A stretch of DNA of 64,000 nucleotides from an uncultured Verrucomicrobiae bacterium (GTDB lineage: Bacteria; Verrucomicrobiota; Verrucomicrobiia; Chthoniobacterales; Chthoniobacteraceae), in the NCBI GenBank assembly GCA_963769025.1, contig CAVYKI010000003.1:704001-768000 (forward strand). The letters run 5' to 3'. The notes below the pieces were generated by a model that was given only the letters and a program-made list of their open reading frames with translations, ran no database searches and was not told the origin of the DNA. Position 1 is the stretch's first letter, and each line of letters begins with the position of its first letter. The translations under genes and the position numbers were made by a program. Below are positions 1 through 10,200 of the stretch, piece by piece.

Positions 1-1
1 C

Positions 2-3000
2 GCCCTCTCCGCCAGCGATCGGACGGGAAACGATGCCCCCATGCCAGTCCGGTGGATCTACATCCTCGCGGACGGCACCCTCACGACCCCCGTCCCCCTC
101 ACCCGGCCCGCGAACGGAACCTTGGGCTTGATCGCGACATGGTCCACCGTCGGGCCGGATGGCACTTCCAAGACGGGCGTCCCGACAAAAACCAACCCCA
201 TCGTCGGGCGCATGGGCTTCTGGACCGATGACGACTCGTGCAAGATCAACCTGAATACCGCGGGCGGATTCGTGCTCCCGTCCGGCGTGGACGAAGACGT
301 CAACCTGAACTACACGAAGCCCACCAAGACGCTGCCCGAAAAGAACCCCGGTTACTATGCGGGCTCCTTTTGGGATACGCCGCGGGTGCAGACGTATTTC
401 GACCGGGGCATCAATAACACCAATGTCGAAAACTACCGCGGCGGGCTTTCCAACTCCCAGCCCGGGCGGAACGAGTTCCAGCGCTACCCCGGCCATCCCT
501 CGACGACCTCCCTCGGACTCGTGTTCAAAAATCTCCTGCCGGGCGTCTCGACGGGCTTCAGCTCGGCCAAGCTGTACGCGATGACCCCGCGCCTCATGCC
601 CGGCGGTTCGAAGAATGGCAACGCCCGCCTTGAGACCAAATTCGACCTGCCGTTGCCAATCAAATCCCGCTACACGGCGAGCAAGCCCGGCACGGCCGGC
701 TATCATCTCTTTGGCTCCGTCGATGAGCTCGCCTTCACAACCCTCAATGGCGAACGGAAATCCGTGGAGGATGCCATCAACGAATGGGTGGCAAGCCAGC
801 CCACGCCGACCGATGGCTTGCCGCCAGAGGTCCCGCTGCAGGAGGGTTCGCTCACCCCCGATATGGTGGACAAAGTGCGCTTCTTCCTTACGGCAAAGGG
901 CCGCTCGCCGGAGCTGAACCTTTTCGGCCGTCCCCGGGTGGCGATCTGGCCGGTTCCCAGCGCGAAACGCGAAGCGCTTCTTCAGAGCTACAACATCCGG
1001 AATGCGAGCGACGATTTCATCCGCTTCTGCGCGACAGTCGGGCGGAACAGCGATCCGACGACGCAGGCCGTCACCCGGCAGGGCGAATTCATCTTCGACC
1101 GCGAGGATCCCTATAGTTCCACGGTTGATTTCAACCTGCCCCGCAATCAGCAGGTTTTCGGCTATCTGCGGGAACTCACCTCGTCCTCCGGTGGCCAGAT
1201 TCCCGGGTTCGGCGGCAACTTCGAAACGAAGTACGCCAACGGCGCCGGCGGGCGGGATCAGATATTGACCGAGATCTTCGACTACATCCGGACCATCAAC
1301 CAGAAGGACGGCTCCCGGGAACGGACGATCGACGAAAAAACCGTCGCTCGCTCGCTCGTGAACAATCAGCTCAAGGCCGCCTCCCGCTACGCCCCCCACG
1401 CCATCGTGATTCCCACGCGCACGACCTTCGCTGGCAGGAAGGTCTCAGGCTTTGGCCGCTATCCCACCATCTCAGAAGCCACGTTGGTATTCTACAATGG
1501 CGGCTACACGTGTCAGCCTAAGAAGGGAAGTGACCTCGAGAAGGCGGACCTGCCGGACGGCGGGTCTGCGCGGACTGGAGGAAACAACGCCCTGGTCACC
1601 ATCTATGACCTGACAAAATCCCCCGGCGATCCCCGGGATCCCGCGTCGGCCCAGGCGAATCTGGATCGTACATCCGACTGGGCGAAGGCAAATGTCGAGC
1701 GATGGACCGGACAGCTCATCCGCGCGTTCGTGATATTCGAAACGTTCAATCCCATGCAGGGCTACGCGCCGGTTGATAACTTTACCAACATCAGCCTGGT
1801 GGACACCACGAAAGTGGGAACCGACGGGAAGCTGCAGCGGTACAATTTTGCTGACACCAACAAGGGCTTCTTCGTCCACGAGCTGAAGATCAACGGCCAG
1901 TTTGCCATCCAGACGGCCGGGTCGGGCGGCGCAAAGCCCATCGGCATCGGCGCCGGCACTAGCGGCGGCACCATCAAGAACTCATTCACCCGCACCTCGG
2001 GCGAAACGTGGGGAGGCCGCAATTTTGGCGGAATGGAAGGCTTCTTCCACACGATGCAGGACGACATTTCCTCCATTCCTTCCGCTGCCAACTATTATGC
2101 ATTCCAGTCCAGATGCGAGGATCTCGTCCGCGACGGCGTGCGCGTCGGACTCGAAGACAAGACGTTCGACTTCTTCGGCGGCGACATGGACCTGTTCATC
2201 CGTTACGAGGACAAGGCCGGCCACAACGAACAGATTCAGAAAATCACCCTGAACTTTCCAAACGCCAAGGGGTGGCCGTTGCCGACCCCGTCGTACCGCC
2301 TCGATACCGGGGGATTTGACAATCGGAATCCGGCCTTTGACAGCAACGGGGCCGACTCATGGCACGCGTGGGGCACATACTTGAAAAAGCACAATCTGCC
2401 CAGCGGATGGGGAATGGGCTACAACTTGCCTTCGAGGATCGCATGGAGCCGGGAGCACTCCTACAATCCTTGGACGAAATTCGACAAAAACGGAAAGCAG
2501 GTGGGGGACGGCTACCGCTACGCCAATCGTTTCCTGCAGATCGTCCAGCCAGGAGATACGATCCGCAGTCTCGTGGTCGGCGGCGGCGACCCGGCGGCGG
2601 CAGACCCGCGGATCGGTGCGCTGCAGCAGGAAGGCGGGACCATGCAGCCACATCCCGACTATTTCAGCACCACCAAGCGCCGCGCCGAGACGCTCCGTTA
2701 CGCCAGCGGGGGGTTCTACTTTGATCCATCGACGCCCACGTATGCGGAGCCGCCGGAAAGTTCCACCCAGCCGACCACAGGCTCGTTCATCCCACTCGCC
2801 GGCACGAAGTACAAGCCTGGTTACGGCCCGGATCTGGTGCGGACGGATTCCAAGGGGCAACCGTTCGTGGCTAAGCGGTCTGACGGCCAGCTCGCCGATT
2901 TTGACACAGGCATTGGCAGCTTTCCGGACGGCGCATTTGCCGGGAAGGCCGACGAAGGCAATGTGGCCGAGTATTGGCAGGACATCTGGGGCGTGTGGCA

Positions 3001-4000
3001 CTATGTGGAGCCCTACTTTACGACATGGGTCTATGATCCGCCGCTCGACACCTATTTCTCCCCAAATCGCCAGGTCCCGGGGCCCGTGATGTTCGGCTCC
3101 TTGCCGGCACCGCACAAAGATTGGTCGAAGTCCGGTTGGAAGACGCTGCTCTTCTGCCCGAACCCCGCCGGAGCCGGCCATCCCGGTGCACAGTCGCCAC
3201 CGGACCACCTGCTGCTGGACCTTTTCAACATGCCGGTGGTCGAGCCCTATGCCATCAGCGAACCGTTTTCCACCGCGGGAAAGGTGAACCTGAACTACCC
3301 GATGGTGCCATTCAGCTTCATCAAGCGCACGACCGCCCTGCGCGCCGCCCTGCATCCCCTTCGGGTGACTGCCATCCCGCAGTTCTTTGTCGATGGGAGC
3401 AAGCAGTTCCGCTATAAGGGGCAGGATAATGTCGAAAACTTCCGCTATCTCGTGGATCGGGATGAGACGCTGAAGGCGTTCGACGATTACTTCGACCAAT
3501 ACAAGAAGAACAGAAGCGGCGGCTTCTTTAAGTCTGCCTCTCAGATCTGTGAGCGCTACCTCTACCCGAAGGGCACGACCGTCGATGGAAGCTCGGTGAA
3601 ATTCACGAAGGGCGAAGGGCAGATCAAGGCGTTCTGGGAGAAAAACCAGCTCACGGGCGACAACGTCCGCGAGAAGCCGTACGCGGACCTCTATCCGCGG
3701 ATAACCACGAAGTCGAATACCTATACCATTCACTACCGCGTCCAGACGCTGCGCCAGCGAAAGTACACGGGAGATGCCAAAGGCGAAGATGCCTATTATC
3801 GCACTTTCGATGAAAGCCGGGATCGCGTGCTGGCTGAATTCCGCGGCAATACGACGATCGAGCGCTATCTCGACCCCGAAGATCCGCGCTTCCAGCCCTC
3901 ATACGTCCCGGCCAAGGACAGGATCGATGTCGAGAAAAAGTCCCTCGAGGAGGCTTACCGGTTCCGGATCATCTACAACAAGCGCTTCTCACCTTGGTAG
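2..4000 (+). CDS. vccA: Verru_Chthon cassette protein A (TIGR02600-like), 5'-partial
   Basis: Frame open from base 2. Family motifs recognised: MPVRWIY..DG, NPIVGRMGFWTDDDSCKINLNTA, FQRYPGHP.TTSL, FSPNRQ..GPVMFGSLP, PPDHLLLDLF.MPVVEPYAISEPFSTAGKVNLNY, GDNVREKPY..LYPRITTKSNTYT. The N-terminus lies outside the window. Confidence 0.88.
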   Translation, partial: ALSASDRTGNDAPMPVRWIYILADGTLTTPVPLTRPANGTLGLIATWSTVGPDGTSKTGVPTKTNPIVGRMGFWTDDDSCKINLNTAGGFVLPSGVDEDVNLNYTKPTKTLPEKNPGYYAGSFWDTPRVQTYFDRGINNTNVENYRGGLSNSQPGRNEFQRYPGHPSTTSLGLVFKNLLPGVSTGFSSAKLYAMTPRLMPGGSKNGNARLETKFDLPLPIKSRYTASKPGTAGYHLFGSVDELAFTTLNGERKSVEDAINEWVASQPTPTDGLPPEVPLQEGSLTPDMVDKVRFFLTAKGRSPELNLFGRPRVAIWPVPSAKREALLQSYNIRNASDDFIRFCATVGRNSDPTTQAVTRQGEFIFDREDPYSSTVDFNLPRNQQVFGYLRELTSSSGGQIPGFGGNFETKYANGAGGRDQILTEIFDYIRTINQKDGSRERTIDEKTVARSLVNNQLKAASRYAPHAIVIPTRTTFAGRKVSGFGRYPTISEATLVFYNGGYTCQPKKGSDLEKADLPDGGSARTGGNNALVTIYDLTKSPGDPRDPASAQANLDRTSDWAKANVERWTGQLIRAFVIFETFNPMQGYAPVDNFTNISLVDTTKVGTDGKLQRYNFADTNKGFFVHELKINGQFAIQTAGSGGAKPIGIGAGTSGGTIKNSFTRTSGETWGGRNFGGMEGFFHTMQDDISSIPSAANYYAFQSRCEDLVRDGVRVGLEDKTFDFFGGDMDLFIRYEDKAGHNEQIQKITLNFPNAKGWPLPTPSYRLDTGGFDNRNPAFDSNGADSWHAWGTYLKKHNLPSGWGMGYNLPSRIAWSREHSYNPWTKFDKNGKQVGDGYRYANRFLQIVQPGDTIRSLVVGGGDPAAADPRIGALQQEGGTMQPHPDYFSTTKRRAETLRYASGGFYFDPSTPTYAEPPESSTQPTTGSFIPLAGTKYKPGYGPDLVRTDSKGQPFVAKRSDGQLADFDTGIGSFPDGAFAGKADEGNVAEYWQDIWGVWHYVEPYFTTWVYDPPLDTYFSPNRQVPGPVMFGSLPAPHKDWSKSGWKTLLFCPNPAGAGHPGAQSPPDHLLLDLFNMPVVEPYAISEPFSTAGKVNLNYPMVPFSFIKRTTALRAALHPLRVTAIPQFFVDGSKQFRYKGQDNVENFRYLVDRDETLKAFDDYFDQYKKNRSGGFFKSASQICERYLYPKGTTVDGSSVKFTKGEGQIKAFWEKNQLTGDNVREKPYADLYPRITTKSNTYTIHYRVQTLRQRKYTGDAKGEDAYYRTFDESRDRVLAEFRGNTTIERYLDPEDPRFQPSYVPAKDRIDVEKKSLEEAYRFRIIYNKRFSPW

Positions 4001-4045
4001 GCCTTGGAGCCGCCGGGCGCATGGAAGCGCCACCCGCAAAGCACC

Positions 4046-4171
4046 GGCAGGACGGGCACCAGCATCCGTTTACAAAACAGCGACGCCTCTCACAGGCCGC
4101 GTGTGCATTGGGCGATCGTTCGCGCGTGCTCCCAGGTCAGCGGAGCACGGATGCTGTATCCGTTTCCTGCC
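4046..4171. repeat. Imperfect inverted repeat between convergent genes (possible bidirectional terminator or REP/MITE-like element)
   Basis: Left arm ggcaggacgggcaccagcatccgt (4046-4069) pairs with right arm acggatgctgtatccgtttcctgcc (4147-4171). An alternative hairpin cgtgctcc/ggagcacg lies at ~4125-4149. Confidence 0.5.
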
Positions 4172-4285
4172 CTATTTGCGCCCGACGCGGCTGCGGACAC
4201 CGGTGAACCGGCGGCGCTCGCGGTAGCCGATGAGCGCGCACAGCGCGACCGCGCCGATGAGCGCCGTGGTCGCGGGCTCCGGCAC
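4172..4285 (-). other. PEP-CTERM protein-sorting signal
   Basis: VPEPATTALIGAVALCALIGYRERRRFTGVRSRVGRK*: PEP motif, hydrophobic helix, Arg-rich tail. Confidence 0.92.
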
Positions 4286-7200
4286 AGGGACGATCTCAAA
4301 TCCGCCACCACCGAAGGTAATCTGGGCGCCGCTGCCGATGAAGGTGCTGCCGGCATCCGAGAAGAACAGGATGTTGTCGAGTTGGCCGCTGCTGTATCCG
4401 CTGTCAACCGAGAACAGGAACCGGTCCTGCCCGTCGCCGATGGTTCCCATGTCGGTGTCGCCGATATTGTAGAACGGCCCCGTCCAGTTGAAGACCCTCA
4501 GCGTGCCCGTGAACCCGGCGTTTGCGTTGGTGAACGTCAGCGCGTTGCCATTGACGTTGGTCCCGAAGTCCAGCGTGGATGTCCCGCTGAGCGTGAGGCT
4601 CATGAAGGTCTGGTTCTGGCCGGAGACGATGTTGCCAATCTGCGCCGTCCCGTCGGCGACGGTCAGCGTCGCCGCGCCGCCGCCCACGATGGTGCTCGCA
4701 TTGTTGTTCATCAGCAGCGTGCCGCCGCTGTTCACCGTCACCGCGGACGTTCCGCTCAGGGTGCCGGTGACCTCCAGCGTGCCGCCGTTGACATTCGTCG
4801 CCGCGGTGAATCCGCTGTTGCTGGTGCCCGAGATGGTCACGGTTCCCGCTCCGACCTTGGTCAGATCCGCAACGCCGGTGCCGGTGATGGCCCCGCTCAC
4901 GTTGAGTTTGTCACCAGCGGTCGCCGCTCCGATCGAGCTCGCAGTCTGCAAGGTGACCGGGCCGCCGACGGATGCGCTGAGTCCCGTGCCCGTCAGCGCG
5001 CCTTGCGAAGCCGAGCCGGTGCCGTTCAGGAAGATCGCCTCGCTGGCGACCGTCACGTTATTGATGTCCAGCGTGCCGCCCGCGCTGACCGTGGTGCCGT
5101 TCGTGGCTGCGCCGAGGCCCGCCGCGTTCGCGACGCTCAGGACGCCGCCGGTGACGGCCGTCGTGCCGGAGTAGGTGTTGACCCCGCTGACCGTCCAGGT
5201 CCCGGTGCCAGCCTTCGCCACACCCGTGTTATTCGTTCCGGTGAGGTTGTCCACGATGGCTCCGGCGATTTCGCCGGTTCCTGCGGTGGAGCCTTGCAAG
5301 GTCAGGGTCTTGTTCGCCCCGGCTCCCGTCGCGGTGAAGTCGCTCGTGAACTTCACAAGGCCCGTGCCCGACTGGTCGAGGGTGCCGCCGCCGGTGGTGC
5401 CGGCGAGGTCCACGACGCGGTCGGTCGTTTCGCCTGCGCCGGTGTAGATGAGCGTGCCGGTCGTGGCTGCCGCACCGAGGCCGATGGTGCCGTTGGCGAC
5501 CGAGTTGGGCGCGCCGAGGTTGCTGCTGGCGCTTGGTGCCGGGGTGGCCACGCTGTTGATCGAGCCGACGCTGATGGCACCGTTCTGGATGGTCGTCTTG
5601 CCGGTGTAGGTGTTCGGACCCGACATCGTCATCGTGCCCGTGCCGGTCTTGGTCAGCGAGTTCGTCACGGTGGCCGGGGTCCCTCCGCTCATGATGCCTG
5701 AGTAGACGGTGCTGCCGCCATTACCGCCGGTGGTCAGCAAGCCCGGGATGGACGGAGTGAGGCTGCTCAGGGTGACGAAGCCGCCGCCCGCGAGGGAGCC
5801 GATGGTTTCGGTCTGGCTGTTGACATCGAAGGTCGCGCCGGCATCGACCGTCAAGGCCGAGCCGTTCGGGATCCTGTCACCGGTCGTGCCGAGCTGCAAC
5901 GTGCCGCTGGCGACGGTGGTGGTGCCGCCGTAGACGTTCGTCGCGGTGGTGAACTGCGTGACGCCGGGGCCGCGGGTCGTCAGGTTGAAGCCGCCTGAAA
6001 TCGCGCCGCTGACGGTGAAGAGCGTCCCCGCGCTGGTCGCGGCGATGGTGCTGTCCGAGGCCATGATCACCGTGCCGGACTGGATGGCCGTGCCGGTGCC
6101 GTTGAGGGCGCCCATCAGATCCGCCGGGCCGTAGCCGAAGGCGGCGAGGTTGCCCGCCGTCGTGTCGCCCGCGCCGTTGATGGTCACGCCGATTTCTGCG
6201 CTGGAGGCATTGCTGATGTTCAGCGTGGCTCCGTTCGCCACCACGGTCGTGCCGGCGGTCGTGCCGAGGCCGAGCGCATTGGTGATTGAGAGCGTGCCGA
6301 CATTGATGTTCGTGATGCCGGTGTAGCTGTTCGCACCATTGAGGATCAGCAGTCCGGTGCCGGTCTTGGTCAGCGTGCCGGTGGTGGTGCCGATGATGGA
6401 CGAGATGGTCGTATTGCCGGTCCCGGTGACCGTGAGTCCGAACGTGGCACCGGAGAGCGTGCCGGGGTTCGACAGCGTGAGCAGGCCCGCGTCGGACTGG
6501 ATGGTCGTGTTGCCGGACAGGTTCACCAGACCGCCGTAAACGTTGTTGCCGCTCAGGTTGCGCAGCGCGCCGTTGCCACCGCTGCCGGTGCCGTTGAGCG
6601 TGAGCAGTTCGTTCGGGTCCACCGCGATGTTGCCCGAGAGCGCGAGCGTGGCGCCGCTGGAGACCTCCGTGCGGGTGCCGGCCGTGGCGTCGGCGGTGCC
6701 GAGGGCGTCGCCGTTGGTGATGCTCAGGATGCCCTGCGCGACGAGCGTCGTACCGGAGTGCGCATTTGCCGCGCTCAGGACGAGGGTGCCGGTGCCGGAC
6801 TTCGTCAGCGAAGTCGCCCCGCCGGTCACCTTGCCGGCGAGCGTCAGCACGTTGCCGCTGGTGACTGCGATGGTCGGGGTCGCGTTCGTCAGGGCGATCG
6901 GCGTGTTGAAGGTCGCCGTGCCGGTGGCCGCGCTGTCGGTGATGGCCGCCGCATCAACGATCGTCAGCGTGAAGCCACCCGTATTTTGCAGCACGATCGT
7001 GGACGCGTCGCTGATTGTCAGGCCGCCGATGCTCATGTTGCTGCCGAGCACCATGCTGCCCTGGTTCGTGGCGCCGGTGGCGGAGAGGGTGACCGCCGTG
7101 GACGATCCGGGGACCTGCCCGGTGGCCATCGTGCCCGCGGCATCGGTGGTCCAGTTGCTGTTGGCCGAGCCATCGGACACGGACCACACGTTGGCACCAC

Positions 7201-10200
7201 CCGCGAAGCCGCCCTTCCAGAACGCACCGGTCAGTTCGGCTGCGGGGAGGGTGTCCAAGGTCACCAAGGTATCAGTCTGATTGCTCAGGAGCATCGGGAG
7301 GACCGTGAAGTTGGTGTTGTTGTAAACATTGCCGATCATGTAGCTGCCGGAGCTGCCGTTCGACGTGGTGAGGCCGCCGGAAGGCGCGCTGATCACGGTG
7401 TGGGTGCCGCCAGGAGCCGAGCCGGTGATGCCATAGACATCGATCGAGGTGATGCCTGCGTGCGAGGCGAGTGCGCCGGTGTTGAGGGCGAGCTGGCTGC
7501 TGAAGGCCCCGGAGCCGACTTCCATGCCGACACGCTGCGTTGCGCCGCTGAAGGTGAGGACCGTGCCGCTGTTCGCGCCGAGGGTCAGGATCTCATCGGC
7601 GTTGATGCCCGTCCGCATGTTGAAGGTCGCGCCGTTGCCCACCGTGAGGCTGCTGGTGCCGCTGATGCCGTCGATCACTCCCGCCGTGGCGTGGGTGACT
7701 TCCAGGATGCCGCCGCTGACCACCGTCGAACCGACGTAGGTGTTGATGTTGCTCAGCGTCAGCTTGGTCGAGCCGGTCTTGGCGAGGTTGATGTTGTACT
7801 GGATGACGCCGCCGTAGATGGAGTCGAGCGTCGCGCCGCTGCCGACGGTGAGGGTCTTCACCTCGGTCGAGCTGTTGGTCACGTAGCCGCTGCCGGTGAG
7901 GTTCGTCGTCGCGGCGGTCAGGCCGGTGGAAGGCGAGGTCAGGCGGCCGATGGTCTGGTTGAAGCCGTTCAGGTCGAGGACCGAGGCGCCCGTGGTGCTC
8001 ACGTCGCCCGTCGTGGGCAGCGAGTTGTTGGCACCGATGCGGAGCATGCCCTGGAGGAGGTTCGTGCCGCCCAGGTAGGTGTTCGCGCCGGAGAGCGTGA
8101 CGGTGTCGTAGCCCTGCTTGGTCAGCCCGCCGGGGCCGCCGATCGCGCCTTTGATCTCGAGGATGACGCCCCTGGCCGTGTTGCCGAACGGAGAGAACGG
8201 ATTCGCCTGCACGCCGTTGTCGTAGCCGTTGATGCCCTGGTTGATGTTCTGACCGAGGAACGAGTTGCCGGCCAGCGTGAAGGTCACGCCGCTGCCGAGG
8301 GTGCGATAGACCGCGAACTGGGTGGCGTTGGCCGCAATGCCCTGGTCGTCCACCTTCACGAAGCCCTCGATGGAGCCGCCATTCATCGTCACCGCCACGG
8401 TGCCGGTCTGGTCGTTGTTAATCTGAAGCGTCCCTGCGCCTAGATTGATGGCTCCGGTGCGGGCGCCATTCACACTCCAGCGCTCGATGCCGCCATCCTC
8501 GTAGGTCACCGTGTTGGTGACGCCGCCCGCCGCGAAGATGTCGAGGACGCCGAAGCGCTTCACATTCACCGCGCCCGTGCCGAGCGAGGCGGTGTTGAAG
8601 ACGCCGACCTCTCCCTGCTCGATGCTCACGTTGCCGGCAAAGGTGCTCGCGCCACGGATGTAGAGTTCCGCATTGCCCCACTTCTTAAAGGTCTGGTCCG
8701 CGCTGCCCGAGAGGCTCGCGATGGACAGGCCGATGCCGGAGCCGGAGGTGAAGTTGTTGTTAATGGACGTCTGGCCGATGTTCAGGATGGCGCTCGCGTT
8801 CGCACCGACCAGCGAAACGTCGCCGACCTGGAGCAGCGCGCGCTGCTGGTTGGCGGTGAAGGCCAGTTGCGCGTCGTGCAATGCACCGCCCGTGGAGGTG
8901 ATGACCACGTTCGAGAACGAACCGGCGGCGCCGAGCGACTGGGTGCGATCCGCCGCGCCGGGGGTGTAGTTGATCAGGGCGTTGTCCGTCACGAGCAGGT
9001 TGCCCATGGAGTAGAACTCGTTGAGCGCGCTGCCCTGGTTGGCGTTGAGCTGGAGCGTGGGCGTGCCGGTGGCGTTGGCGTGGAGGGCCACGGTGTTCGT
9101 GGCCGTCGCATTGCCGAGGGCGCCAAAGACGTTGGCGACGATCGAGCCTTCGTTGACGTTCCAGCCGTTCGAGTAGCCGTTTCCCGGGCCGCGGGCCGCG
9201 TCGCTCTGGTCCTTGGCAATGGTGATCGAGGAGGCACCGAACTTGGTGATGCCCGCCGCGCCGACATTCTGGATGTCGCCGTTGATGGTGAGCCCGGCCT
9301 GGCTGAAGATCAGCGCTTCCTTGCCGTTGAAGTTCAGGTTCGGGTTAATCACCGCCGCCGCGTAGGCGAGGATGCCGCCGCCGCGCCGCACCCGCCTGGT
9401 TGAGCGTGATGGTGTTGAACTGGCCGAAGGCGTTGTTGACCGTGAATGCACCGATGCGGAAGGCGAACGTGGAGACATCGCCGGCCAGCGTCGTGTTGGC
9501 CGTCACGTCATCGATCCGCGTGTTGTTGTTCCCGCCGAAGTTCGTGCTGTTGTAGGTGACGTTGATCAGCCGGTTCGTGCCGCCGCCCGCGTCGGTCAGG
9601 AAGGACTGGCCGACTGCGTTGATGAAGCCGTTCACGATGTAAGCCGGCAGCATGTTCACGCCACCGCCCACCGTCGCAGGCAGGCCACCGGAGGCCACGA
9701 AGTTGTCGGTGTTGCCCGCCGTTCGTGCCGAAGGTGTCGCCGGGCACGAAGACCATCGTGCCGGTGCCGACACGGGTCAGGGAGGCAGCGGTCAGGACAG
9801 TTGCGTGTGGCAGGCACGCCGGGGTTGATGATGCCGATCCGGGAACCCTTGTCGAAGGTGATATGCCCCGACCGTTTCGGTGATGCCGACGTGGCATTCT
9901 GCGACTGGAAGAAGAGCGACGAGCCGTTCAGCGCGATGGCCGCGGTGTCGCTCCAGCGGTTCATGTTGTTGCCGGCGGTGATGCCGTTGCCGTCGAGGCT
10001 CAGCGTCGAGCCGGGGTGGAAGACGTAGGTGTTGGCGTTGTTCGGCCGAGCAGATCGCCGGGCGTGTTCAAGGCATTGCGGAACTGGCCGTTCACGCTGA
10101 CGGCGCCGAGGAGGCCGAAGACATCCACCGTGCCCGAGCCGAGCGGCGTGTCGCCGAGCGTGACGCCGGAACGGATAAACAGCGAGCTGCCGCGGCTGAC

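Noticed and set aside
4172..5200. Classical type V autotransporter
   Set aside because: The C-terminus is PEP-CTERM and no beta-barrel translocator is evident.
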